Origin: a virus
Taxonomy: Duplodnaviria; Heunggongvirae; Uroviricota; Caudoviricetes
Virus record (IMG/VR): IMGVR_UViG_3300031758_000002
DNA: 64,000 nt
Direction: 5' to 3' (one strand)
Made by a program: the position numbers and the translations under genes. Within the stretch, counting starts at the first letter, position 1; each line of letters begins with the position of its first letter. Below are positions 29,251-39,800 of this stretch, piece by piece. The notes beneath the pieces are model-generated. The model was not told the origin of the DNA. It ran no database searches and was given only the letters and a program-made list of their open reading frames with translations.

Positions 29251-30201
29251 TTAGAAATCGTCTGTAAATGAAATTGTTTCGTTCAATTTTGCTTTTTGGT
29301 ATTCCATTGTTCTTGATTCAAAGAAGTTACCTTTTGTTTCAACCGCAATTTGTTCCATAAACTTGAATGGTTGTTCAACATTAAATTGTTTCTTACATCC
29401 AAACTTAACCAATAATCCATCAACAACAAACTCAAGGTATTGTTTCATCAAGTTAGAGTTCATACCGATAAGTGATACTGGTAGTGATTCTGTGATGAAT
29501 TCTTTTTCAATTTCAAGTGCCGATAATAAAATCTCTTTAATTCGTTTTTCAGACGGTTTGTTTTCGCAATGGTTATTCAACAAGTGAATTGCAAAATCAC
29601 AATGTAAGTTTTCATCTTTAAAGATTAATGAATTCGCATTACATAATCCTTGCATGATACCTCTTGATTTCAACCAAAAGATTGAGCAGAATGAACCTGA
29701 GAAGAAAATTCCTTCAACCGCTGCGAATGCTACCAATCGTTCTTGGAATGACGCATTTTCAATCCAATCCAACGCCCATTTTGCTTTCTTCTGAACTGCA
29801 GGTAATCTGTCAATTGCATTGAAACATTCGTCTTTTTCTTTAGCGTTACTGATATAGGTATCAATCAACAATGAGTACATTAGTGAGTGAATATTTTCCA
29901 TTGCCAACTGGAATCCGTAGAAGAATTTTGCTTCAGGATATTGTACTTCTCGGTAGAAATTTTCCGCCAAGTTTTCGTTAACAATACCATCAGATGCTGC
30001 AAAGAATGATAATACATTTTTAACAAAATATTTTTCATTATCAGTTAATTTTTCCCAATCACGAATATCATTGGTTAAATCAACTTCTTCAGCAGTCCAA
30101 AATGCCGCTTGATGTTGTTTGTAATATTCCCAAATATCGTTGTGCTCAATAGGGAATATAACAAATCTTGAGGGGTTAGTTTTTAAAATTTTCTCTTCCA
30201 T
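29251..30201 (-). CDS. nrdB: Class Ia ribonucleotide reductase beta subunit
   Basis: 316 aa. [37 protein letters not shown] di-metal ligands. Confidence 0.97.
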   Translation of the reverse strand: MEEKILKTNPSRFVIFPIEHNDIWEYYKQHQAAFWTAEEVDLTNDIRDWEKLTDNEKYFVKNVLSFFAASDGIVNENLAENFYREVQYPEAKFFYGFQLAMENIHSLMYSLLIDTYISNAKEKDECFNAIDRLPAVQKKAKWALDWIENASFQERLVAFAAVEGIFFSGSFCSIFWLKSRGIMQGLCNANSLIFKDENLHCDFAIHLLNNHCENKPSEKRIKEILLSALEIEKEFITESLPVSLIGMNSNLMKQYLEFVVDGLLVKFGCKKQFNVEQPFKFMEQIAVETKGNFFESRTMEYQKAKLNETISFTDDF

Positions 30202-30207
30202 TTTTTT

Positions 30208-30939
30208 TTAATTTACATATTTCCATAAAAATCCACCACATTTATTTCTTTTACCTTGGCAGACCATAACAATGTTACCTTTATTTTTTATATTATTTTC
30301 TTTTGCTGCTATTTCTAAAGACATATATGTTTCAATAATATTACCAGTTTCTAAACATATTTTATTAACCGATTTAATATTTTTAGCCGGTTTACCCTTA
30401 TTAGGACTTAAAACGCTTAATTTTAATTTATGTTCTTCAGAAAGTTTTCTTCCTTTTAACGACTCACTTATATTTTTTTTAGTTTTATCACTTCTTTTTT
30501 TCCCAACTAAAGATTTGCCGATATTATCTTTATGTTCTTTACTTAATTTTTTATTTTTCCAATAACTATGTTTGCCAATATTATTTAATGAAATTTTTTT
30601 TCTTGTCTCTTCATTAGGTATGTAATTAAGATTTGATTCCCCACCATCGGTTAAATTTAATAAATTATTAGTTTTTTTATATTTTTTTATCCAAAAAATC
30701 TCTTTATTGGCCCATTCTTTATTATTTGTTTCCTCAATTATTATTATTTCAGGTTTTTTATTCTTTTTCAATAATTTATTTATCCACAAATATAACGGTC
30801 TTTTAACTTTTTTTTCACCTAAATAAATGTGTTCTTTTAATCTTTTATTAACATTTTTTTTAGTTTTACCGACATATCTTATTATTTCAGGTTCATCAGG
30901 GTTATATATCCCATATATAAATATTTTTTCCATATCCAT
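30208..30939 (-). mobile_element. Free-standing GIY-YIG homing endonuclease with NUMOD3 and NUMOD1 DNA-binding motifs
   Basis: 243 aa. IYGIY...YVGKT, E..WI catalytic region, repeated KLSKEHK..I...L.GKK, C-terminal NIVMVCQGKRNKCGGFLWKY. Very Lys/AT-rich, between dnaB and nrdB. Confidence 0.9.
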
Positions 30940-30999
30940 AGATTTTATAATATAAATACAGGTAAATATATTTTTAATATCACTAACTTACTTAAATTT

Positions 31000-32379
31000 T
31001 CAATTATTTTGTTCTTTTTGTTTTCTTTTCTCCATCAACTCTTTAACACGCTGACGCTGTCTTTCTTCTTTTTGTTCCTCAACTCCTAAGAAAGTCATTG
31101 AACTTTCGGTATCAATTTCTAACATACCGTTATCAAATTTACAGTTTTCAAATACGATACCGTCATCACCAATTCTTGATTTAGTTATGGCGATTGTTGC
31201 TAATTTCATTTCTTTTTGTTGTAATGTCTTAGCCACAGAAATAATAACATGACCTACTTGTGCCTTTTTAATAGAACCACCCATTTGATCAGTTGTTACA
31301 ACTTCAGAAGAAATGGAATTTCTATTACCTTGAGTAGCAGTCCATCCTACAATGTTAAGTTCGTGACACATCGCCTCAAAACCTCTCATTACAGAACCCT
31401 CACTTTTCCACTCATCACCTAAATTTTTGTCAGGTACAACACAATCAATATAATCTAATAAAATCATATCAATTTTTGTCCCATCAGCAATCATTTTCCT
31501 AACTTGATTTTTAATTTGCAACATCGTCACAGTATCTGATGGCAATTTTTTCATAATTAGTTTGTTAGGCATAGTCTCTTCAATTTCCCTAACCCTAGAT
31601 GTTACCTCATCTCTTTTTTCTGACAAATCGTCAGGATGTATTTTAGTCCAAAGAGTAAAATGTTTTCTTTGAATTATCTTTGGGTTGTCTTCAAAAAATA
31701 TTTGAAGTACACTGTTTCCCATGTTAAATGCATGGTTCGCAATCTTAGTTAAAAGGGTTGATTTACCAACACCAGTTGGTGCCAAAACAACACCGATTTC
31801 GCCTTTTGCTAAACCTCCTTTTAACAGTCTGTCAATACCAGGAATTCCCATTGGGATTGGATGTCTATAGTCGTCATCCAAGACTTGATCCAAGTTACTA
31901 AAAACACTTGAAGTACTTGTGTCTTTCTCTCCTACTTGAATCGCTCCTCTAAACATTTCTTCAATGGTGTCATAGTTTTCAAATTCACCACCGTCAATGA
32001 TTTTTTGAGCCTTACTCATTACTTTTACTACCTCTTGTTGTTTACAAAACTTAAGAGCCTTCTCTTGTACAAAATCCCCTCCCTCGATAGGTGCATCCTT
32101 AATTTTGGTAATCATATCCAAAACAACTTTAGATGCCATTTCTTGTTGTAGTTCTGATTTTGTAACTTGTTCTAATGTATCAAATGATGGTGTATGATTG
32201 TATTTTTTATAATACTCTTTCACCATTTGAATGATGATTTTGAAATACTTGTTTTCAAAATAACTTGGTTCAATCACATCAATAATTGAGTGTGAAAAAT
32301 CCTTGTCTAAAATAATTTGATTCAGCAATTGAATCTGAAAATTGTTACCTAAATAATCAAAGTTTTTGTGTGTCGCCAT
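31000..32379 (-). CDS. dnaB: Replicative DnaB/gp41-like helicase
   Basis: 459 aa. GEIGVVLAPTGVGKST Walker A, ILLDYID Walker B, WTATQGNR, KSRIG. Confidence 0.92.
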   Translation of the reverse strand: MATHKNFDYLGNNFQIQLLNQIILDKDFSHSIIDVIEPSYFENKYFKIIIQMVKEYYKKYNHTPSFDTLEQVTKSELQQEMASKVVLDMITKIKDAPIEGGDFVQEKALKFCKQQEVVKVMSKAQKIIDGGEFENYDTIEEMFRGAIQVGEKDTSTSSVFSNLDQVLDDDYRHPIPMGIPGIDRLLKGGLAKGEIGVVLAPTGVGKSTLLTKIANHAFNMGNSVLQIFFEDNPKIIQRKHFTLWTKIHPDDLSEKRDEVTSRVREIEETMPNKLIMKKLPSDTVTMLQIKNQVRKMIADGTKIDMILLDYIDCVVPDKNLGDEWKSEGSVMRGFEAMCHELNIVGWTATQGNRNSISSEVVTTDQMGGSIKKAQVGHVIISVAKTLQQKEMKLATIAITKSRIGDDGIVFENCKFDNGMLEIDTESSMTFLGVEEQKEERQRQRVKELMEKRKQKEQNN

Positions 32380-32412
32380 AGTTTTTTAATTTGTTTGTTA
32401 AGATAAATAGTA

Positions 32413-32862
32413 TCAAACTAAACTAAATCCAGCATACTCAATATTAAATTTTTTACCTGAAAAAATGTCAGTTAGGTCGGATAATATCCCTTTTAGTTGT
32501 GGGCGTAGGTCCACGGTATATCTTACCTTCGGAGGGTATACTTTAGCCTCAAACACTCTATGACAAATTGTCATATCTCCAACTCTAATTATCATGTGAA
32601 AGTTCTCATCACCATCAGTATTTGATGTGTTAAGAACATCAGGATTCTCCTGAATTTCATACTGATTGTCTAACATATAAACAATCGTTCTCATCTTTAA
32701 ATCGCTTTTCAATTTGTCACACAAATCTCCAATGTATTCATATACATTAAACGAATTTCTTGACTTAGGATTAAATCCCCTAACATTAAAGAATCTCTGA
32801 ACGATAATGTTTTCGTTACATTTCAATAGGAATTCCACTTTTGTAAAATCTAAATCTTTCAT
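32413..32862 (-). CDS. Conserved hypothetical protein in replication block
   Basis: Probable start MKDLDFTKVEF at 32862 (ATGA overlap with the exonuclease stop). The track's longer start at 32940 lies inside the upstream gene. Confidence 0.65.
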   Translation of the reverse strand: MKDLDFTKVEFLLKCNENIIVQRFFNVRGFNPKSRNSFNVYEYIGDLCDKLKSDLKMRTIVYMLDNQYEIQENPDVLNTSNTDGDENFHMIIRVGDMTICHRVFEAKVYPPKVRYTVDLRPQLKGILSDLTDIFSGKKFNIEYAGFSLV

Positions 32863-33875
32863 AAATTTGTTTTTTTGTTTCTGTAATTTGTTTTTTCTTT
32901 TCTTGTTAATTTTAAAAATGGTTTTAAGAAATTTACCCAAGCATCATCACCCTTTGGTAGATACCTAAAGAATCCATCTTCCATCATCATCTTTATTAAG
33001 TTTCTGTATCCTCTCCCATCAGGATCCAAAGTTTCTGAATAATATAATTCAACTAACTTTTTCCCTTCTTCATTTATTAACGGGTTGGATAAATCAACTA
33101 ATATTTGATTCACGCTGAAGAACTTTTCCCCAAGTACCCCTTCTTTGGTTTTTCCACTTGATAGATTATTCAAAACTACACTTTTATTTTGATTCTCTAA
33201 CAACTTCCTACCTTTGTTTAAAATATCGGTAAATGATACTTGCGAATCAAGTATCTCAGGAAATAATTTGACTAAAGTTTTCTCACCAAGTAAACTGATA
33301 CCATCAATATTATCTGAGGTGTCACCAGCAACTATCTTAAATGTCATTATGTTATAATGTGGAATACTATAATCTTTGATTTTTATTTTATCCCCATTTT
33401 TATAGTATTTTTTTTGTTGTGGTGAATATATTGTCACCTTTTCGGAAATAAGTTGTGTAAGATCCTTATCTGATGAAAATATTGTTTTATCCTCATCTTC
33501 AGATATTTGACAATAATAAGCAATTAAATCATCCGCTTCAGAATTATCAACTTCTAATTGTCTAACAAACATCTCTTCAAGATATTGTTTTACTCTCTGT
33601 TTTTGGGTATTAAATGAATATGTTTTTTCTTCAGTATAAGATGATTTTCTATTACCCTTATATTTCGGATAAAGTAATTTTCTTTGGGACGAATTTTCAT
33701 CACCGTCCCAAAAAACAACTACTTTGTTAAAATTGGATTCTTCTAAGAATTTGCGCAAAGTATTAAGAAAATGCCAAGTTCCTCCAATGTGTTCTCCTTC
33801 ATTAAAGAAATCTTTAACTCCGTGAAAACCTATTTTTAATAAATTGTTACCATCAACAATAAGTGTCTTGGTCAT
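32859..33875 (-). CDS. 5'-3' exonuclease / flap endonuclease (T4 RNase H, Pol I N-terminal type)
   Basis: 338 aa. LIVDGNN, FWDG, YKGNR, EADDLIA, SSDKDLTQL, GDTSDNIDGI..LGEKT (H3TH). Confidence 0.93.
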   Translation of the reverse strand: MTKTLIVDGNNLLKIGFHGVKDFFNEGEHIGGTWHFLNTLRKFLEESNFNKVVVFWDGDENSSQRKLLYPKYKGNRKSSYTEEKTYSFNTQKQRVKQYLEEMFVRQLEVDNSEADDLIAYYCQISEDEDKTIFSSDKDLTQLISEKVTIYSPQQKKYYKNGDKIKIKDYSIPHYNIMTFKIVAGDTSDNIDGISLLGEKTLVKLFPEILDSQVSFTDILNKGRKLLENQNKSVVLNNLSSGKTKEGVLGEKFFSVNQILVDLSNPLINEEGKKLVELYYSETLDPDGRGYRNLIKMMMEDGFFRYLPKGDDAWVNFLKPFLKLTRKEKTNYRNKKTNL

Positions 33876-33903
33876 TTTAATACGATTAATTCGTTCTACA
33901 ATA

Positions 33904-34893
33904 TTACTCTACTTCTTCATCATATGCAACAGACTCATCTAATGTATAGTTTGAATCCCCCATTTTTTGTACCCAATAATCCGAATATTCTTTTTTATAT
34001 TTATCCAAAGAATCTTTTGTATCGGTTATATATCCATGAGGTACTGCAATTATTTTACCATCTTTATATCCAATACCATTAACATGGTTTTTCAAAATAG
34101 AGATTTTTGTTCTAATTGCAAATGATACTTTTCTACCATTTTTAGTTGCATCAATATGACTGATACCCGCTTTCTTTTGATTACCAAATAAGAATACTAA
34201 ACTACTTGCTAACCATACTGCAGTTCCTCCTTTTGCTTGAATCTCAGGTTGTCCGAATGGATTATCGGGAAGTAGTACCCAAGGTTGATTTAACACCACT
34301 AAAGTGTTGTAATATGGGTAATCTTCTTTTTTTGATTTAGAGATACGAGAATGGATTCCCATACCAATTTTGTCCGCTAATACTTTCGCATTGTGCATTC
34401 CACCACCTTTACCATCAAATGTCATTTGACAAGGGATTGATCCGATACTATCCCAAAGGAATAATAAACTATAAGGGATGTCACCTTTTTCTTGTGCGTC
34501 AAGGATATCATTAATGAACTCAGTTGCTTGTTCAATCACATCAAAAGAATCGTTAAAAATGAACATACCATCATATTCACCATCTTCAGTTTTTTCAACT
34601 TGTAATCCAAGTTCAATTGCGTGTTCCCATGACCATTTCTTTTCAGTAATAATAAGAACAGGTAAATGTCCTTTTCTTTGAGCATCAGCAGCAGCAAGAA
34701 TCATTGCCGTTGTTTTTGATGTGTTTGAGTGTCCCAAGAACATATTAATACCTCCCATTACAGGACCTGGTAATCCACAAGCCTCCATAAACGCCTCACC
34801 ACAGTTATAAAAACTTTCAGGTTTGTATTTTGTCTTTGTAGAAAATTTACTTTTGATACTATCAAATGATACTTCTTTCTTTTTAATTGCCAT
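33904..34893 (-). CDS. recA: RecA/UvsX-like recombinase
   Basis: Probable start MAIKKKE at 34893. P-loop GHSNTSKTT, LFLWDSIGS, VLNQ, KGG motifs of the RecA fold. Confidence 0.8.
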   Translation of the reverse strand: MAIKKKEVSFDSIKSKFSTKTKYKPESFYNCGEAFMEACGLPGPVMGGINMFLGHSNTSKTTAMILAAADAQRKGHLPVLIITEKKWSWEHAIELGLQVEKTEDGEYDGMFIFNDSFDVIEQATEFINDILDAQEKGDIPYSLLFLWDSIGSIPCQMTFDGKGGGMHNAKVLADKIGMGIHSRISKSKKEDYPYYNTLVVLNQPWVLLPDNPFGQPEIQAKGGTAVWLASSLVFLFGNQKKAGISHIDATKNGRKVSFAIRTKISILKNHVNGIGYKDGKIIAVPHGYITDTKDSLDKYKKEYSDYWVQKMGDSNYTLDESVAYDEEVE

Positions 34894-34914
34894 AATAGTT
34901 TGTTTTGTTAAAAG

Positions 34915-34949
34915 ATAAAAAAAGGTAGTGACTTTGTAAATCACTACCT
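34915..34949 (-). terminator. Rho-independent terminator between ssb and recA
   Basis: Perfect 9-bp stem AGGUAGUGA/UCACUACCU followed by a U-run on the minus strand. Confidence 0.75.
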
Positions 34950-34968
34950 ACACTATAGGTTCTTTTTT

Positions 34969-35832
34969 TTAGAATGGTAACTCTTCGTCAATTTCCTCAT
35001 TTTGTTGAGGATCAACAACAGGTGTTGGTTTTGATTTAGTACCTCCGATAGAAGTTTCAGCAACCTCATCATTAGCATAAACATACCCACCTTTATCAGA
35101 ATCCCATCTTGGTGTTTCTCCACGAGAAATTGCTTCAAGATATTCTACAGGTTTTTTAGAGTAGACATCCTCCCAAGTCAATTCATCACTAACCCATTCT
35201 TTCATAGTGTCCGTGTCTTCGTGAAGTGGTGCTGGATCATCATACATAACAGTTTGAATTACAGTATAGTTAATTCCCGCATTTGTTTTTGCCTTTGTCA
35301 ACTCCAAAATCAAATCTCTACCTTTATCAGCATCGGTAACATCACCTTTTGCTTTCCAAATAGGAATGATTTTGTCAAGAATACCTTCTTGTTTGTAATT
35401 GTGTTTAAATCTCCAAAATTTAACACCGTCTTGTTCGTTGTCACGATCAATAACTTTAACGATATAAAATTTACGAGCTTTATATTGTTTGGCAATTTCC
35501 TTATCGGAATCTTTACCTGTTGACATTAAATCATCGTGAACTTCATTTAATGGTGAACGCTCATTGTCGTTTTTACCTGGATCGTAAAGTTTAACCCATT
35601 TTCCATCTACTTTAACTTCATGAAACCAAACCTCTTTAAAAGGAGATGATCCATCGGTTGTTGGTAGAATTCGTAGTCGTTTCTGACCTTGTTTTTCACT
35701 GTCTTTAAGAATTGCAGCAAAATATTTTTTCATTCTCTCATCTTGTGTCATTTTTGAGGTAGAAGATGAACTACCTTGTTTTGAGTTCTCGTACTGAGCC
35801 AAAACTGCATCTAAAACATTGTTTGTCGCCAT
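34969..35832 (-). CDS. ssb: Single-stranded DNA-binding protein, T4 gp32-like
   Basis: 287 aa. KRLRILP...PFKEVWFH, aromatic OB core, DADKGRDLILE, acidic C-terminus EEIDEELPF. Confidence 0.85.
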   Translation of the reverse strand: MATNNVLDAVLAQYENSKQGSSSSTSKMTQDERMKKYFAAILKDSEKQGQKRLRILPTTDGSSPFKEVWFHEVKVDGKWVKLYDPGKNDNERSPLNEVHDDLMSTGKDSDKEIAKQYKARKFYIVKVIDRDNEQDGVKFWRFKHNYKQEGILDKIIPIWKAKGDVTDADKGRDLILELTKAKTNAGINYTVIQTVMYDDPAPLHEDTDTMKEWVSDELTWEDVYSKKPVEYLEAISRGETPRWDSDKGGYVYANDEVAETSIGGTKSKPTPVVDPQQNEEIDEELPF

Positions 35833-35863
35833 ATATTTGTGTTATTAAAAGTTTACAATAGGA

Positions 35864-35892
35864 AGTATAAATTAAAAAAGTGTCGCAGTCAA
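35864..35892 (-). promoter_or_regulatory. Sigma70-type promoter for the replication block
   Basis: TTGACT (35892-35887), 17-nt spacer, TATACT (35869-35864), about 30 nt upstream of ssb. Confidence 0.7.
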
Positions 35893-35912
35893 TATGTATT
35901 CAAAAATTTTGA

Positions 35913-35932
35913 GAGGGACACGGATGTCCCTC
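35913..35932 (-). terminator. Stem-loop after 221-aa gene (possible terminator or processing site)
   Basis: Perfect 8-bp GC-rich stem GAGGGACA-UCCG-UGUCCCUC. U-tract not adjacent, so function is uncertain. Confidence 0.45.
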
Positions 35933-35938
35933 CCTTAA

Positions 35939-36595
35939 TTAAGGCATCATATCATCGTCATCGTATGTATCAAAAGTATCTTTAATTTGTTTTGGTGAAA
36001 AATCTTCAGCCTCATCAGTTGTTAGAATATATTCTTCTCTACCTTGTTTTTCAAACTGATCTTCTTTATCTTCAAAATAATCAGATAGTTTTTGATTAAA
36101 AGGACCAGAATCTAAACTTCTTAATTCAAGTTTTTCTTCAGGTGTTTTAGGTCGATATTTTTCAATTTTTTGTTCTAATGAATTAACCGCAGACATTAAA
36201 TTATCCATTTCACCCAATTTACTTTCTAAATTTTCAAGTTGTTTAAATAGATTGTCAAAATATTCATCTTGTTTTGTTTCAATATTTTTTTGACTATTTA
36301 CTAAGTCAGTGATTTCAAGTTCTTCTTTATCCTCTTCATCTTTACCAACTTCTTCAACATCAGGGTCTTGCGCCACATCAATTGGTTGTGGTGTCTCAGC
36401 TTCAGGTGCGGGTGGTGGAGGTAAAGCTCCGGGAGCAGGTGTCTCAGCTCCAGGTGCAGGTGGTAATCCAGCATCAGGTGCCGGTAGTGGAGCCGCCGCA
36501 GGGTCTGGTTCAACAGGAGCGTCTTGTTCCATTATATAATTATTAATTGACTTATATCTGTTAATTTCTTCTAATATTTTTTTATCTATTTTCAT
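35939..36595 (-). CDS. Pro-rich, acidic coiled-coil protein (possible internal head/scaffold-like protein)
   Basis: Probable start MKIDKKILEE at 36595. PAP-rich disordered region, then acidic coiled coil. Confidence 0.6.
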   Translation of the reverse strand: MKIDKKILEEINRYKSINNYIMEQDAPVEPDPAAAPLPAPDAGLPPAPGAETPAPGALPPPPAPEAETPQPIDVAQDPDVEEVGKDEEDKEELEITDLVNSQKNIETKQDEYFDNLFKQLENLESKLGEMDNLMSAVNSLEQKIEKYRPKTPEEKLELRSLDSGPFNQKLSDYFEDKEDQFEKQGREEYILTTDEAEDFSPKQIKDTFDTYDDDDMMP

Positions 36596-36596
36596 A

Positions 36597-36824
36597 TTAA
36601 CCATTTAATAATTGTTTTATACCTGTTTTGGTTTCCACTTGGATTTTTTTATTAGTGTTCATTGTATTATCAACTCTTTCTATTAGTCCGTCTTTCATTC
36701 TGATAGTATAACAGTCTCCAGTATCCAAATCACAAACTTCTTTATACCCATTTCCTTTATCTTTCTCCGTAACTCTTGTGTTTTTACCCAAGTAGTTATC
36801 CAAAATTAATTTAGTATTACTCAT
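36597..36824 (-). CDS. Small hypothetical protein
   Basis: 75 aa with own upstream TATTTATA motif. Contains EVCDLDTGDCY. Confidence 0.7.
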   Translation of the reverse strand: MSNTKLILDNYLGKNTRVTEKDKGNGYKEVCDLDTGDCYTIRMKDGLIERVDNTMNTNKKIQVETKTGIKQLLNG

Positions 36825-36833
36825 ATCTATTTT

Positions 36834-36845
36834 TATTTATAAATA
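36834..36845 (-). promoter_or_regulatory. Palindromic TATTTATAAATA motif
   Basis: Upstream of the ATG at 36824. The same 12-mer occurs at 52697-52708. Confidence 0.55.
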
Positions 36846-36863
36846 TCATAACATTATGAAAAA

Positions 36864-39800
36864 TTAAAGAAGACATTTAATTAAAAACGATTGTGGAACT
36901 ATTGCTCTTGTCGTATCCGTAGTAATTCCATCTTCTAATACTGGAATAGAGTTAACATTGAATTGAATGTTGTATGATCCATTTTGGGTACATCCTATCG
37001 TAGTAAGTAAATCTTGTGCTGTCATTGTAAACGACTGTTTATTCGTCGCAATGAATGTTGGTACATTAATTTTTACACCTATTGTTGCAGTACATTCTTC
37101 AGGTTTTTTATTAAATATAATTTCAGCCGAATCAATATTCCATTTTCCTGAATTAGGTGATATTACTATTTGCATTTGAATTAACTGATCACCATTGGCT
37201 TGGACAACTTGTTTAGCAGGTTTTGGTGTGGTAGTACTTGATTGTGATGTAAATTGTCTTTGTGAACTAACATAATCAGTATAAGCATTACCAAAAAGTT
37301 TTTCTAATTTATTTTTATTTTCTTCAATTAAAGTATCAAATAATGATTGTCCCTCATTGGTTGGGTAATTGTCCATATAGAATGTTGCAAATGCCTTACC
37401 ATATTTGATTTGATCGGAAATATTATTATTTGTTGATACATAATTTTTTATGGTACCTAATTGAGGTCCATACTTGGCAATCATAAAATTCACAAATTGA
37501 TCAAATGATGAAAATACCGCCATAGGTATGTTCTTACTATTACAATAGTATTTGTTTTCAAATAAAACAAAAGAACCACCATAATTAGTATTCAAAGGTA
37601 TTAACCCATAATTATTACCATAAGTCTTAAAAATCTCAGATGGTTTTGTGGCAACCGTCATAATACTATATATAAATGATGCCAAAGTTTTTGAGTCATT
37701 ACTATTATAAGAACCGTTCGCAATAATTAATTCGTTTATTTTATTTGCCGCATCTTTTTTATTTATTTCACTAGAACTCATTATCATTAATGGATCACCA
37801 GTAGCATTTGTAAAGTTTTTATATGACTCATTAAGTGCCGAAGAACAAGCTTGATTAACATTAAGAGTGGTATTAGTTTCACTAACATTATCCAATTTAG
37901 TTGCCGTTTGAGATAATGTATTCACAGATTGTTGTGTCTTTGTTTCTTCATTCTGTTTAATCCTTTCTTGAATATCTTTTAGTATTTTAGTACTGATTGA
38001 TTGTATGAAACTTTCTATTTTAGGTATACTATAAAAAGGTTGTCTTTGCCCTTCAAATGTCGTGTCAAACCCATTTTGAGAAATTCTATGACTTACTTTT
38101 AATATCATATAAGGTCCACTAAATAAAGGAACATTTCTTAAATTAAAGTACATCATAGGTTGTATCAACGCATTACCCATCATATCAATAGAACATTTAT
38201 AACTTCTATTTTTATATAGATTATATAATGAAACACTTTGAGTATAACTACCTCTGTTTCTATCCTGATTAGCCATTTGGTTTAGAACTTCCAATGATTC
38301 GGTAGTTGGTAATCCAGGATCTTGAGATACATCAATTTGTTTAAAAATTTGTTGATTTTGTGGTCCAATATCAACATTGAATCCAACAACTTTATTTGAT
38401 GTTGCCCAATTTGTTTTGTTTTCTTGATTTTCTAATAACGGATTGTCAGTTGCTCTTCTCAAATCAAACGCATCATCTCTATATCTGTAATCAACATTAT
38501 CGTTAAGTGCTAAATGTTCACTTGGTTTATTAGCATATAAACAAACAAACTTTGAACCTGTTTCTCTATAATCAACATTTAAATAAGTACCAAATAAAGT
38601 ATTGGCAAATTCTAAAGTGCCTTCAGGTCTTGGTACCGCATTTTTACTAACATCTCTAACATTATAAAAATTCGCAAATGCGGGAATAACAAAGTTAACA
38701 AAATTATTTTCAGTCAATATTGTTTGTACAATATCCAACATATTATTTTTAACAAGAGAACTATCAATTAATGTTTTTAATTTGAAGATGTCCACATATA
38801 TTTGTTGTCCTACATCTCTACTGGCTCTGTCCATTAAAAGTACATCTTCAAATAAAGTCTTACTTTTAAAGTCGGTACCTGAAATCCATGTGTCGTTAAT
38901 GGTTTTAAATAATTCCCATAATTCATATCTAGTTTGATCACCTTCATAATCCGCCCTAACTTTAGTGTTTGTTTGACTAATATTAACATCAGGAAGTTCT
39001 TTCCTCAATCTAGTCATTTCTAAATCTAATAAAGTATTAATATATGTATTACTTTTATTAATATAACCATCCATTAAAGTCCTAAACTTTGTGGAATTAA
39101 AATTGTTGTCTTCTAATTTTTGAGTGGCATATATTTTAATTAACGGTGATAATGTCTTAATTGAATTTTCAGTAAATTCAATATTCATATCTAAAAAGAA
39201 ATCGGTAATGTATGAACCGTTATCACTATAAACTAATTCCGGTATCTCAGAAAATCCTACATAAGTTTCTAAAGTTTTCCAAGTTTCAGGATTTTGTGCT
39301 TTAGACTGTGATAAAGTTATTGACCCGCCAGCACTTGGTAAACTATTTGGTGAACCGACATTATACCCTTGGAAACTATATGTATCAATTAAGATTTGAT
39401 TTGAATATGTGTAAAACAATTTCTTATCAAAATTTGATGGGTTACCGTATTTCATGGTAACTTTATAATCCATAAATGTTCCTAACACTTGTTTGAAGTT
39501 ACTAATTTGTGATTCTTGTATTTCATTAATAACAACCGATCCATTTATGTTATCTTTTGGTTTTGGAACTTTCATTAACGATCTCATTAGAGATTGGAAA
39601 TTATTGTTTGTAATTTCAGTGTCAGTATCAACCCCAAGAGTTGATTTTATATTTGAGTTATAATCATATACAGAACGGCTAAAATTTAAAAACTCGTTCT
39701 CCATTATGTCTAAAATATCTTTTTCAAATGTTGTAAATAACTCACTTATTTTTGTATATTCAGACGATACCCCATTAATTGAGAATGCCTGTTGTATTGA

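Noticed and set aside
26807-30201. Eukaryotic giant-virus origin suggested by eukaryote-like RNR and SNF2 helicase
   Set aside because: Sheath, tube, gp25, gp6, neck genes, bacterial terminators and operon coupling indicate a tailed bacteriophage. This RNR type also occurs in Bacteroidota.
26807-34893. Introns or inteins in nrdA, nrdB, dnaB or recA
   Set aside because: Lengths are typical and motifs are contiguous. The GIY-YIG ORF sits between complete genes, not inside one.
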